Assembly: GCA_963781035.1 (NCBI GenBank)
Contig: CAWAEN010000002.1
Location: 20,998-84,997 of the forward strand
Origin: an uncultured Acidimicrobiia bacterium
GTDB lineage: Bacteria > Actinomycetota > Acidimicrobiia > Acidimicrobiales > SZUA-35
Length of the DNA: 64,000 nucleotides
Reading direction: 5' to 3'
Part shown: piece after piece, positions 25,896-36,038 of the stretch
Position numbering within the stretch: position 1 is the stretch's first letter
Layout of the letters: every line of letters begins with the position of its first letter
Notes under the pieces: generated by a model
Told to the model about the DNA's origin: nothing
The model's input: the letters and a program-made list of their open reading frames with translations, nothing else
The model's database searches: none
Made by a program: the position numbers and the translations under genes

Positions 25896-27199
25896 TCAAC
25901 CAAAGAACCGGCGGCGACTACCTGTCGACGCCTCGGCGATCGCTCCATCAGTGAAGCGCTCCGCCAGTTTCTGAATCTCACGAGCCACACCGGACCGAGG
26001 TGCCGACAGCACCACGGGGTGACCCTTGTTCACCGAGATCGGCACGACCACGTCGGACGGAATCCGGGCGGCGGCAGTGATCTGCAGCGTCTTCTCGACC
26101 TCGCCGACATCGAGCTTGACCTTGGAGTCGGCTCGGTTGAGGACGAGGTGCATCTTCTCCCTCGGGATGTTCAACAGCCCGAGGGTGCTCAGGCCGATCT
26201 TCACGTTCTTGATGTTCGGGATGTCGAGGCCGGCGACGAGGATGACGTCGTCGGAGTTCTCGATGATCGCGAGCACGGTCTCGTTGAAGAAGGCCGGAAG
26301 GTCGACGATCACGAACCCGGCGTACTGCCGGACGATGTTGATCAGCTTGACCATCTGCTCGCCCGTGATCTGATCGGCGAAGCTCGGCTCCATCGGAGCC
26401 GGCAACACCTTGAGCTTGCTGTCAGCGTGATCGCTCAGCAGACTCGCGACCATCGACGGATCGAGCCGGTCCAGCTGCGAAACAGCGTCGACGACGGTGT
26501 GGTGCGGAGCGAGTTTGAGCATGACCGACACGTCACCGAACTGGAGGTGGCCGTCGATCAACACGACCGGACGCTCGGTGTTGCTCGGCAAGCGTCACCG
26601 CCAAGTTCACGGCGAGTACCGACTTGCCGGAACCACCCTTGGTCGAGAAGACCGAGATGATTCGTCCGGGATCGCCTTCGCCGGCGGCGATGGCATCGGC
26701 AACTTCGGGAGTGGCCGGCTCGCCACCGCCCGACTTCGGAGCCATCTGCAACGTGTCGCCGATCCGAGAGACCGTGTCGACGAACTGCATCTGATCGATC
26801 GGGGCCGAGAGGACGTCACGAACACCAGAGCGGAGAGCAGTCTGGAGCAATTCGGTCGACAACTCGGAGGTGACCAGGATGGTCCCCGACTTCAGGGTGC
26901 GTCCGACCCCACTGTTCCACCAGCGCGAAGTCGGCCGGGCTGACGCATGACGGGCCGAGCACAGCAACGATCGGTCCCATTCCGATGCGTGCTTCCAGCT
27001 CGGCGAGCGACGACACCTTGGCGACATGGTCGCCGAGCTGCGTCGCGAGGTAGTCGCGGACCGCAAGGTCGGCGTCGACCACGGCCACGGCGACGCCGCC
27101 GAGACCCGACGATTCCTCAGGGGCACCACTCGGTTCTTCGTTGAAGGACGAGAAGTCATCGAGCTCGAAGCTCGAGAAGTCACTCGTTGTTTCACTCAT
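25896..27199 (-). CDS. cpaE: CpaE/TadZ pilus localisation protein (degenerate receiver + MinD-like ATPase), frameshifted
   Basis: STKGGSGKS deviant Walker A, LQFGDV, VIVDLP, VLNRAD; position in the tad operon. Confidence 0.88.
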
Positions 27200-27235
27200 T
27201 GGGGACTCCTGGAGAGCAGACGGGACGGGTGGGAA

Positions 27236-28153
27236 TCACTCAGCGGGTGCGGCTTCGGCGTCGACGGCGAAGTACGGGGTGAGCCGTGTCTCGTCCTCGG
27301 CCGGGTAGAGCAACTCGGTGATGTCCATGGGGAGGAGAGCCTTCGGCTCGTAGCTGGACGGAACCAGCGAGAGGTAGAGGTTCTGGGTGCCGACGGCGAG
27401 GACCTGCTGCACGACCTCCGGCGGGACGGCGAGGGTGATCACACCACCGGTGGCAGCGGCCTCGGTGCCCTCGGTGGTCTCACCGAGATCGAGAGGCAGC
27501 GACTTGCCGACGGCCAGGACTTCAGCCTTCTGGTAGAAGTAGCGAGCGTTCTCGAGGTAGAGGCTCTGCTCGGCCGATGCGGGGATCGGGTTCGAGTAGT
27601 ACTCGTCGAGGTCGGGGAGGTCACCGTCGCCGGTGCCGCCACCGGTCTCCTCCGGGTTGGCCTCCTCGGTCGCATCGAAGGCGAGCGGGCGAACCACGAG
27701 CATGTTGACGAAGTCACCCGGCTGGATGAAGCCGGCCACGCCGGCGACCTGATCGATCGGGAAGGTCACCGTCACCATGCCCCGCTCCTCGAGGCGGTCG
27801 GTGATGCCGGTCGACAGCACGTTGGGAGCAACGAAGTTGCCGGCGACGAGCATCGAGGCAGCGGGGAGATCCACCACGGCGACGAGATTGTTGAGCTCGG
27901 CGTTGGGATCGACGATCGCTGTCGAAGGGATGAACTCGACCGGAACCGAGGTCAGCTCGATCAGGCCTTGGCCGATCGCCTGTTCGGCCGGCGTCCCCTT
28001 CGGGATCTGGCTCTGGACGATCCACACCTCACCGAGGGCGGCATCGCCATAGACATCGTCTTCGAGCCCTCGCACGTAGCGGGACAACCCCAGCGCCGAA
28101 ACGGCGCTGACGACGATTGCAATGAGAAGAATTACGGTTCGCCGTGAGTTCAC
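27236..28153 (-). CDS. cpaB: Flp pilus assembly protein CpaB/RcpC (SAF domain)
   Basis: N-terminal TM, IPKGT, GVAGFIQPGDFVNM, VLAVG, ITLAV. Confidence 0.9.
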   Translation of the reverse strand: MNSRRTVILLIAIVVSAVSALGLSRYVRGLEDDVYGDAALGEVWIVQSQIPKGTPAEQAIGQGLIELTSVPVEFIPSTAIVDPNAELNNLVAVVDLPAASMLVAGNFVAPNVLSTGITDRLEERGMVTVTFPIDQVAGVAGFIQPGDFVNMLVVRPLAFDATEEANPEETGGGTGDGDLPDLDEYYSNPIPASAEQSLYLENARYFYQKAEVLAVGKSLPLDLGETTEGTEAAATGGVITLAVPPEVVQQVLAVGTQNLYLSLVPSSYEPKALLPMDITELLYPAEDETRLTPYFAVDAEAAPAE

Positions 28154-28214
28154 GACACTCTCCTGGTCTCTGCCAAGGTCTAGATGACCCGGGACTTCGA
28201 GTTGACTCTCCGTT

Positions 28215-28242
28215 CCTTCGGCCCAAAGGTGGGTCGGGCTTA
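28215..28242 (-). promoter_or_regulatory. sigma28-like promoter of the tad operon
   Basis: TAAG-N16-GCCGAAGG about 60 nt upstream of the cpaB start. Confidence 0.5.
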
Positions 28243-28321
28243 GTACTTGCCCGTGACTTCTTTTCGTGACGACCGGCCGACATCGTTCCGAAATCCTGCG
28301 TTGGGCCAGTTGTCACGAGCC

Positions 28322-28360
28322 AAAACGCGGAGGAGCGCCCCGCCGAAGCGGGGCGCTCCT
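28322..28360 (-). terminator. intrinsic terminator after rpsA
   Basis: 13-bp perfect stem AGGAGCGCCCCGC with a TTCG loop, T-run shortly downstream. Confidence 0.8.
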
Positions 28361-28393
28361 TCTGAGTTGTCAAGCCGGAGAAACCCGGGAGGG

Positions 28394-29854
28394 TCAGCTC
28401 TCGGTCGCCGATTCCTCGTCTGGAGTCTCGGCCGCTGCAACCTCATCGGTAGCAACGGCTTCGTCGGCCGCGGCCGGTGCATCGGCCGGCGCCACAGCAG
28501 CGTCGGGCGCCGCAGCTCCGGCTCGGCGGCTCGCAGCGTCGGGGGCCGCAGCGGCGTCGCCGTCCGCTGTGTCACCGCCACCTTCGAGGTCCTCGTAGTA
28601 CTCGGCCCAGGCCGCTTCGGTTGCGGGATCGACTTCCGTCGGGCCGATGTAGTTGCCCTCGGAGTCGAAGGCGTGCTCACCGAATGCCTCCTGGTACTCC
28701 TGGGCAACGACGCCACCCTCGGCGGCCTGCTTGATCGACAAGCTGATACGACGACGCTGGAGATCGATGTCGATGATCTTCACCCACAGCTCCTCGCCCG
28801 GAGTGACGACCTGCTCGGGGAGATCGACGTGGTGGGCCGACATCTCCGAGATGTGGACCAAGCCCTCGATGCCGTCGCCGACCTGGACGAACGAACCGAA
28901 CGGCACCAGCTTGGTGACACGGCCGTAGACGAGCTCGCCGACTCGGTGGCTGGTGGCGAATTCCTGCCACGGATCCTGCTGGGTGGCCTTGAGCGAGAGG
29001 CTGATGCGCTCCCGGTCGAGGTCGACCTCGAGTACCTGCACGGTGACTTCGTCGCCGACGGCAACGACCGAGCCGGGGTGATCGACGTGCTTCCAGGAGA
29101 GCTCGGACACGTGGATGAGGCCGTCCATGCCGCCGAGATCGACGAAGGCGCCGAAGTTGACGACCGAGCTGACCACACCGCTGCGGACCTCGCCGGGCTG
29201 CAGGTTGGCGAGGAAGTCCTCGCGCTGTTCCTTCTGGGTCTCTTCGAGGAAGGCTCGACGACTGAGCACCACGTTGTTGCGGTTCTTGTCGAGTTCGATG
29301 ATCTTGGCGTCGAGGCTCTTGCCCACGTACGGCTGCAGATCGCGGACTCGGCGGAGCTCGACCAGCGATGCCGGCAGGAAGCCGCGGAGTCCGATGTCGA
29401 TGATCAGGCCGCCCTTGACGACCTCGATGACCGGACCGGACACGACGCCGTCGCGTTCCTTGATTTCTTCGATGGTGCCCCAGGCACGCTCGTACTGGGC
29501 CCGCTTCTTCGACAGGACGAGGCGACCTTCCTTGTCCTCCTTCTGGAGGACGAGGGCTTCGATCTCGTCGCCGACCGAGACGACCTCGGAGGGGTCGACG
29601 GCATTGCGAATCGACAGTTCACGAGCGGGAATGACGCCTTCGGACTTGTAGCCGATGTCGAGAAGGACTTCGTCGCGATCGACGCGGACGACCTGTCCGG
29701 TGACGAGTTGGCCGTCGTCGACGAGGACCATCGAGTTGGTGTAGGCGTCGTCGAGCGAACCGACGAGATCGTTCTCGATGATCTGACGAGGAACGTATTC
29801 GTTGCTCGGCATCTCTTCTGCTGGCTGGACTTCGGGCGTTTCAGTGGTGGACAC
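28394..29854 (-). CDS. rpsA: 30S ribosomal protein S1
   Basis: VLLDIGYKSEGVIP, four S1 repeats, DGLIHVSELSW; acidic Ala-rich tail. Confidence 0.98.
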   Translation of the reverse strand: MSTTETPEVQPAEEMPSNEYVPRQIIENDLVGSLDDAYTNSMVLVDDGQLVTGQVVRVDRDEVLLDIGYKSEGVIPARELSIRNAVDPSEVVSVGDEIEALVLQKEDKEGRLVLSKKRAQYERAWGTIEEIKERDGVVSGPVIEVVKGGLIIDIGLRGFLPASLVELRRVRDLQPYVGKSLDAKIIELDKNRNNVVLSRRAFLEETQKEQREDFLANLQPGEVRSGVVSSVVNFGAFVDLGGMDGLIHVSELSWKHVDHPGSVVAVGDEVTVQVLEVDLDRERISLSLKATQQDPWQEFATSHRVGELVYGRVTKLVPFGSFVQVGDGIEGLVHISEMSAHHVDLPEQVVTPGEELWVKIIDIDLQRRRISLSIKQAAEGGVVAQEYQEAFGEHAFDSEGNYIGPTEVDPATEAAWAEYYEDLEGGGDTADGDAAAAPDAASRRAGAAAPDAAVAPADAPAAADEAVATDEVAAAETPDEESATES

Positions 29855-29940
29855 GAGGTAGGGGACCTTTGGAAGGAACCTGAGCACGACGGAGATCTCC
29901 GCAACACAAAGGACTCCGGAGTTTCCGGAGCGGACACACA

Positions 29941-30699
29941 CTATCGGTGCGGTTCACCCGATCGTTCGACGACGAGCAAGAACTCCGGTTGGTCGATTGT
30001 GGCCGCGAACGGCCCGTAGCCACCCGGAGTGACGCTGTGCACGGCGAGTGGTCGAAGACCGCACATTCGCGCCATCAGGCGCAGCTCTCGCGGGGTGAAG
30101 CAGGTGGTCCAGAGTTCGGCCGGAACGATGTCGCCCGCCTGGTTTCGGACCTCGGTCGACTCGTGGTTGACCCCGAGACGGGCATCGAAGACGTCGTCAT
30201 CTGCGCCATGCCGGAGCTGGAAGTAGGCCGAGAATGCGGAGATGGCGGCTCTGGCACCGGGTCGGAGGGCAGCAGCGATGCCGGTCATGATCGTTTCGTC
30301 CAGCTCGCGCAGCGGAAGGGTGTCGATGGCTCCTGGTCCACCGGTGAGCCCGAAAGCTCCCTGGCAGAGCGAGATCACGGCATCGAACTCGGCTGCGAAC
30401 GCCAGTTCGCGAGCGTCGGCGAGCAGGTAGGTCTCGTTCGGACCAGCCTGGGCCTCGGCCACTTCGATGAAACGGGGAGAGAGATCGACTCCGACGACCT
30501 CGAAACCGCGGGCAGCGAGGGCCCGGCTGTGTCGGCCGGTGCCGCACCCGACATCGAGGATCCGGTGGCCAGGGGCGACGCCGAGGATCTCGACGAGTGC
30601 GGTCACCTCTTGTTCTGTGCCCTTGGTGAACGAATACCGCTCGTACGCCGGCCCCATGTGATCAGCCAGCTCCGAAAACCAATGACCGTTCTGCGGCAT
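29941..30699 (-). CDS. class I SAM-dependent methyltransferase
   Basis: ILDVGCGTGRH, GVDLS, FDAVISLCQGAFG. Confidence 0.85.
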   Translation of the reverse strand: MPQNGHWFSELADHMGPAYERYSFTKGTEQEVTALVEILGVAPGHRILDVGCGTGRHSRALAARGFEVVGVDLSPRFIEVAEAQAGPNETYLLADARELAFAAEFDAVISLCQGAFGLTGGPGAIDTLPLRELDETIMTGIAAALRPGARAAISAFSAYFQLRHGADDDVFDARLGVNHESTEVRNQAGDIVPAELWTTCFTPRELRLMARMCGLRPLAVHSVTPGGYGPFAATIDQPEFLLVVERSGEPHR

Positions 30700-30713
30700 C
30701 GCTAGCCCTCGAT

Positions 30714-30779
30714 TTCTGAGCGGCCCTGTGTTCCGCGCCTCAGAGCCTTCGGCCATCTGACGCTGGAGGGTGCTCAGAA
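30714..30779. repeat. intergenic long imperfect palindrome
   Basis: TTCTGAGC...GCTCAGAA outer arms with inner CCCT/AGGG and TCAGA/TCTGA pairs. Confidence 0.5.
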
Positions 30780-30805
30780 CCGCGGCAGTCGGTGAGGCGG
30801 CAGTC

Positions 30806-33497
30806 TCAGTCTTTCGCATCGGCCCAGGTCTGACCGAAGCTCAGGTTGATCTCGAGAGGAACGGCCAGATCAAAGGCATTCGACAGCGAATCCATCACGA
30901 CTTTCGTCGCCGCCTCCTTCTCCCCCGGCGGCACCTCCAGGATCACCTCGTCGTGGACCTGTAGTACGACACGACTCTCGAGCTCGGCTTCGTCGAGCGC
31001 ACGATCGAGACGAACCAGCGCCACCTTGAAGATGTCGGCCGCCAGCCCCTGGATCCCGGCGTTCATGGCTTGCCGTTCACCGGCGAGCCGAATGTTGGTG
31101 CGATCGCTGCGCAACTCCGGGATCATCCGACGACGCCCGAAGAGTGTTTCGGTGTACCCCTTGTTTCTTGCTTCGGTGACCGTGGCGTCCATGTAGGCCC
31201 TGACCGAAGGGAATCCCTCGAAGTAGGAATCGAGAATCATGGCGGCTTCGCTGGTCTTGATCCCCAGGCGTTGACCGAGTCCGTAGGCCTCCATGCCGTA
31301 GGCAAGGCCGTAGGACACCATCTTCGCCTTGCTGCGTTGCTCGAAGGTGACATCTTCCGCGGCGACATCGAACACCCGAGCCGCTACGGCCGAATGGACG
31401 TCGGTGCCGGAGGTGAATGCCTCGATCAGCCCCGGGTCCTCGGCCAGGTGGGCAATGCAGCGCAACTCGATCTGGTTGTAGTCGGCGACGAGGAACTCGG
31501 TCCCCGGTCGGGGAATGAAGGCCTTTCGGAAGGTCCGTCCCATTTCGGTTCGGACCGGGATGTTGTGCAGGTTCGGATGCTCGCTCGACAGGCGTCCGGT
31601 GCGAGCAACGGTCTGGTTGAACGTCGCCCGAATGCGATCGTCTGCGTCCGCCTCGGCCAGAAGCGCTGCGCCATAGGTGGAGCGGAGCTTCTCGACTTCC
31701 CGGTACCGCAGGAGGTGGTCGATGACAGGGTGTTGACCCGAGAGCTTCTCGAGCGTGGCTTGATCGGTCGAGTAGCCGGTCTTGTTCTTCTTGCCCGGCG
31801 TCAGACCGAGGTCTTCGAACAGCACCTCACGCAGCACCTTCGTCGAATTGACGTTGAACTCCCTCCCCGCATCCTCCTGGATCTGCTTCGCGAGCATGTC
31901 GGCCTCGGCCGTCATGTCACGGTTGAGGGTCTCCAGCTCGGCCCGGTCGATACCGACACCGGCATGCTCCATACGGGCCAGCACCCTGACGAGCGGAACT
32001 TCGACCTCGGTGAAGAGCTCGATGACCTCTTCGTCGACCAGCTGCTGGATCAGCGACGGCGCGACCCGAGCGACGGCGAGAGCCTCGAGCGCAGCCCGCT
32101 CGGCTGGGCTCACCCCGACGGCACCGAAGTCCAGCTGACCCTCGGGTGGGCCGTCATCGGCAGGCATTCGCCACGACGTGCGCTCGATCAGCAGTTCGTC
32201 GATCGGGTAGGACCGGCCGCCAGGATCAAGGAGATAGGCAGCGAGCGACGTGTCGGCCATCAGGCTCTGGCCGACGGCTGCGTGAGCGATCAAGGCCCTC
32301 AGCAACGGCTTGGCGTCATGAGCCCAGAAGCCGCTCGGCCCCGCCGCGGCGCCGGCCGATCGGTCCACCGACGTCGCGAACATCTGCGCCACCGGCTCGG
32401 GAAGGTCCGGGAACGGGGCCCAGCCGACCTCGCCTGCATCAGCGTCGAGCACGATCGCGACGCCGGTGAGCACATCACCGTCGAATCCAGGAGCGAGTGC
32501 CACGGGCTGTTCCGGCGGCGAACACTGCTCCCCACCTGGCGTCGTCGGCCGGCACGATCGTGGCGACCAGTTCGGCTCCGTGATCCTCTGGCGCAACCTC
32601 ACGGTCGCCGTACTGGGACCCGATGGCGAAGGTCGCCTCGAGCCGCTCGTAGAGCGTCCGGAACTCGAGGAAATCGAACAGCTTCTTCGTCTCGGCGACG
32701 TCGTACGGCGGAGGATCCATGAGTTCGGCGACCTCGACGTCGACCGGAGCGTCACGAACCAACTCCATCAGTTCGACGTTGAGTCGAGCCTGAGCCTCGT
32801 TCTCGATCAGATTCTGCTTGAGCTTCGGAGTCTGCGAATCGACGTTGGCGTAGATGCCGTCGATGCTGCCGTACGTGTTCACGAGCTTGGCCGCCGTCTT
32901 CTCGCCGACACCGGGGATGCCAGGCAGATTGTCAGACTTGTCGCCCCGCAGTGCCGCGTATTCGACGTAGTCACTCGGTTTGACGCCGGTTCGCTCGAGA
33001 ATCCCAGCCTCGTCGTAGAGCGCGTAGTCACTGACTCCGCGTTTGTTGTAGACCACCTTGATGTGCGGGTCCTCGACCAGCTGGTAGCTGTCTCGGTCGC
33101 CGGTGACGATCAGGACATCGATCGAGTCGGCAGCAGCCCGAGTCGCCAGCGTGGCGATCACGTCGTCTGCTTCGTAGCCAGGAAGCTCGATGAGCGGGAG
33201 TCGCAGCGTCTCGACGACCTGTCGCACGATGCCCATCTGTTCCCGCAGGACATCGGGGGCCCGATCTCGATTGGCCTTGTACATCTCGGTTCGCTCGTGG
33301 CGGAACGTCGGTTGCGGCAGATCGAAGGTGACGCCGATGCCGTCCGGCTGATGATCTCGCACCAGGTTGATGAGCATCGACGTGAACCCGAACACGGCGT
33401 TGGTCACCTGGCCCGATGCCGTCGCGAGGTCAGGCGGCAATGCGTGGAATGCGCGATAGGTGAGGGAGTTACCGTCGACGAGCATCAGCGTTGGCAT
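30806..33497 (-). CDS. polA: DNA polymerase I (frameshift ~32520)
   Basis: LVDGNSL.YRAF, GYEADD, RGDKSDNLPG; TGRLSS..PNLHNIP, ADYNQIELR, LQVHDE. Confidence 0.97.
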
Positions 33498-33555
33498 CGT
33501 GGTCGACACTATCTCCCTCGGTACGTGCCCTCCCTCGGAACCCGACGGATCGGGA

Positions 33556-34176
33556 TCAGGGCACGAGCGAACCGTCGAGAATCTGCTCGGCCACCTCGCG
33601 CATCGTCGAGCGTTTGCCCATGGCCGACGTCTGCACGAATCGGAACGCTTCTTGCTCCGTGAGCCCATGGGCGTCCATGAGCCGGCCCTTGGCCCGGTCG
33701 ACCAGCTTGCGGGTCTCGAGCTGCTCCTCGAGCGATTCGACTCGCTCCTGCGCCTCGCTGAGTTCACTGAAACGGGCCCTCGCCAGCTCGATCGCCGGCA
33801 CGAGGTCATTGCGATGGAACGGCTTGACCACGTAGGCGAGCGCGCCGGCGTCCCGCGCCTGCTCGATCAGGTCGCGCTGGGAGAAGGCTGTCAAGATCAC
33901 AACCGCTGCGAGTCGCCGATCGATGATGGCTCGAGCGGCGGTGAGACCATCGGTTCCCGGCATCTTGATGTCCAGGATGGCGACGTCCGGTCGGAGCTCG
34001 TCCACGAGATCGATGGCGGCGGCGCCGTCCGCCGCCTCGCCGATCACGTCGTAACCCTCCTCGATGAGGGTCTCCTTGAGATCGAGGCGGATCAGCGCCT
34101 CGTCCTCGGCAATCACGATCTTGGTGGCAGAGACGACGTCACCGATCGCGGAACCAGGATCCTCTGCCTTCGTCAT
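33556..34176 (-). CDS. ANTAR-domain response regulator (PdtaR-like)
   Basis: REC (AEDEALIRLDL, LDIKMP) plus ANTAR (RKLVDRAKGRLM..LTEQEAF). Confidence 0.92.
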   Translation of the reverse strand: MTKAEDPGSAIGDVVSATKIVIAEDEALIRLDLKETLIEEGYDVIGEAADGAAAIDLVDELRPDVAILDIKMPGTDGLTAARAIIDRRLAAVVILTAFSQRDLIEQARDAGALAYVVKPFHRNDLVPAIELARARFSELSEAQERVESLEEQLETRKLVDRAKGRLMDAHGLTEQEAFRFVQTSAMGKRSTMREVAEQILDGSLVP

Positions 34177-34466
34177 CGTTCGCCATCCATCATTTCGTCG
34201 AGCAGGCGGTCCTGCTTCGTTTCCATCGCCGTCAGGCGATCGGCCCACTGCCGGCGGTCTCGTGTCAGGTTGTTCACGGTCTTCGATGCCTCCCGATGTT
34301 CCCGGTCGGCCAGCGGTGTCTCGGACACCATGGCGCGGAGCCGAGCGTCCTCCGCAGCATCGCTGAAGTGGGCGATCTGTTCATCGAGCATGGCGATCTC
34401 GCTCCGGGCGGCTTGGAGATCTGAGCTGAGCGCAGCGAGGCGGCGCTTGATGGCATCGTGGTCATC
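34173..34466 (-). CDS. small coiled-coil hypothetical protein (start uncertain)
   Basis: RRLAALSSDL..AEDARLRAMVSETPLA; stop overlaps the start of the ANTAR regulator. Confidence 0.6.
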   Translation of the reverse strand, partial: DDHDAIKRRLAALSSDLQAARSEIAMLDEQIAHFSDAAEDARLRAMVSETPLADREHREASKTVNNLTRDRRQWADRLTAMETKQDRLLDEMMDGER

Positions 34467-34577
34467 GTGGGATTCCTGGCCGGATCGTCGGCCGGTCGAT
34501 TCGAGAATGCGGAACGGCGAAGTGATTGCTGTGAGACCGAACGATCTCGACGATTCGATCGGTCGAACAGTAAAACG

Positions 34578-34660
34578 TGCCCGGGGTGGGATTCGAACCC
34601 ACACGCCCTTTCGGACAGTGGATTTTGAGTCCACCGCGTCTGCCGTTCCGCCACCCGGGC
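34578..34660 (-). tRNA. tRNA-Leu (anticodon CAA)
   Basis: GCCCGGG acceptor stem, anticodon arm GTGGA-CTCAAAA-TCCAC, long variable arm, GGTTCGAATCC T-loop; CCA not encoded. Confidence 0.95.
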
Positions 34661-34807
34661 GGGACGGCGATGGTAGCTGGTCGTCCGGCGAACACGTGCG
34701 ATCTTCCGCCTCCAGATTCGGAATGTCGTTCCGGCGAGGGAAGTTTCCTCCGGGTAACTTTGCGATTAGGTGAAACCTCCCGACCCCGATGGTGGTCAGA
34801 CCCTGCA

Positions 34808-35992
34808 ATGAGCCCCGTCACGATCGCGTTCACCTTCCCAGGACAAGGTTCCCAGGCGCCCGGAATGGGTGCTGCCTGGCAAGAGCACCCCTCATGGGAG
34901 TTGGTCGGCGAAGCATCAGAGGCGTCCGAGCGTGATGTCGAGGCGCTTCTGCTCGAGGCTGACGCCGACGAGCTGAAGGAGACCCGCAACTCCCAGCTCT
35001 CGACGTTCGTCATGAGCATGGTCGTACTCGATGCGGTCGAGCGCACCGGTGTCGAGCCCGCCTTCCACGCCGGTCACAGCCTCGGTGAGTACTCCGCGCT
35101 CACGGCCTCTGGCGCTCTTGCCTTCGACGACGCTGTCCGTCTCGTGACGGAGCGAGGCAATGCCATGCAAGCGGCCGCCGACTCCGAAGCAGGAACGATG
35201 GCGGCCGTCCTCGGGCTGGACGACGACAAGGTGGAGCTCGCCTGCAACCGAACCGACGGCGACGTCTGGGTGGCGAACTACAACGCTCCGGGCCAGGTCG
35301 TGATTGCAGGCAGTCCGGAGGCCATCGAAGCCGCAGCCGAGAGCGCCAAGGAGCTCGGTGCCAAGCGCGTCATGCCGATCAAGGTCGGCGGTGCGTTCCA
35401 CACTCCTTTCATGTCCCCCGCTCGGGAACGACTGCGCAAGGCGATCGTCGACGTCGACATCCGCGATCCCCACCGACCCGTCTTCGCCAATGTGGATGCA
35501 CTCCCGCATCCGTCAGGCGAGGAGTGGGGCCAACTCATGGGCGCACAACTCACCAGCCCGGTTCGCTGGCGGCAGACACTTCATGCGCTCGACGAGGCAG
35601 GAGCGACCGTCTTCCTCGAGCTCGGCCCGGGCACCGTCCTCACCGGCATGGCCAAGCGGACGCTCACCGGCTCGACCAACATCTCCGTTTCCACACCAGA
35701 CCACGTCGACCAGTTGCTCGAGCAACTCCACGGCGTCTCCGGCCCTGGCCCTGCCCAGGACGGCGAGCACCTCTACGCCGCCGAACGTCTCGTCGTGAGC
35801 CCCGCCACCGGCGTGTTCACTGCGGTCGACGGCTTGTCCGGCACGACGACCATTGCCCGGGGCCAACTCGTCGGCACCGTGGGCGACGTCGAAGTCCGCT
35901 CGTCGTTCGCGGGCTCGTTGCAGGGCGTGCTGGCCATGAACGGCGAACGAGTCACGACCTCACAACCCATCGCCTGGCTTCGCACCGCTTGA
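34808..35992 (+). CDS. fabD: malonyl-CoA:ACP transacylase with C-terminal biotinyl/lipoyl-like domain
   Basis: FPGQGSQ, GHSLGEY, GAFHT, SPVRW, ELGPG; extra ~80 aa tail. Confidence 0.95.
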   Translation: MSPVTIAFTFPGQGSQAPGMGAAWQEHPSWELVGEASEASERDVEALLLEADADELKETRNSQLSTFVMSMVVLDAVERTGVEPAFHAGHSLGEYSALTASGALAFDDAVRLVTERGNAMQAAADSEAGTMAAVLGLDDDKVELACNRTDGDVWVANYNAPGQVVIAGSPEAIEAAAESAKELGAKRVMPIKVGGAFHTPFMSPARERLRKAIVDVDIRDPHRPVFANVDALPHPSGEEWGQLMGAQLTSPVRWRQTLHALDEAGATVFLELGPGTVLTGMAKRTLTGSTNISVSTPDHVDQLLEQLHGVSGPGPAQDGEHLYAAERLVVSPATGVFTAVDGLSGTTTIARGQLVGTVGDVEVRSSFAGSLQGVLAMNGERVTTSQPIAWLRTA

Positions 35993-36038
35993 TCTACACG
36001 CTCGCGAAGTCGGAAACGCCACGATCGAAGGCAACGAC

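Noticed and set aside
28247-32722. Long antisense ORFs opposite rpsA and polA (and similarly opposite trpE and mftD)
   Set aside because: These are typical high-GC shadow ORFs with no recognisable motifs.
34578-34660. tRNA-Leu as an integration site for an island
   Set aside because: No integrase and no duplicated tRNA 3' end was seen in the window.
34741-34760. AAGTT-N10-AACTT palindrome upstream of fabD as a fatty-acid regulator operator
   Set aside because: It is a single short instance that I cannot distinguish from chance.
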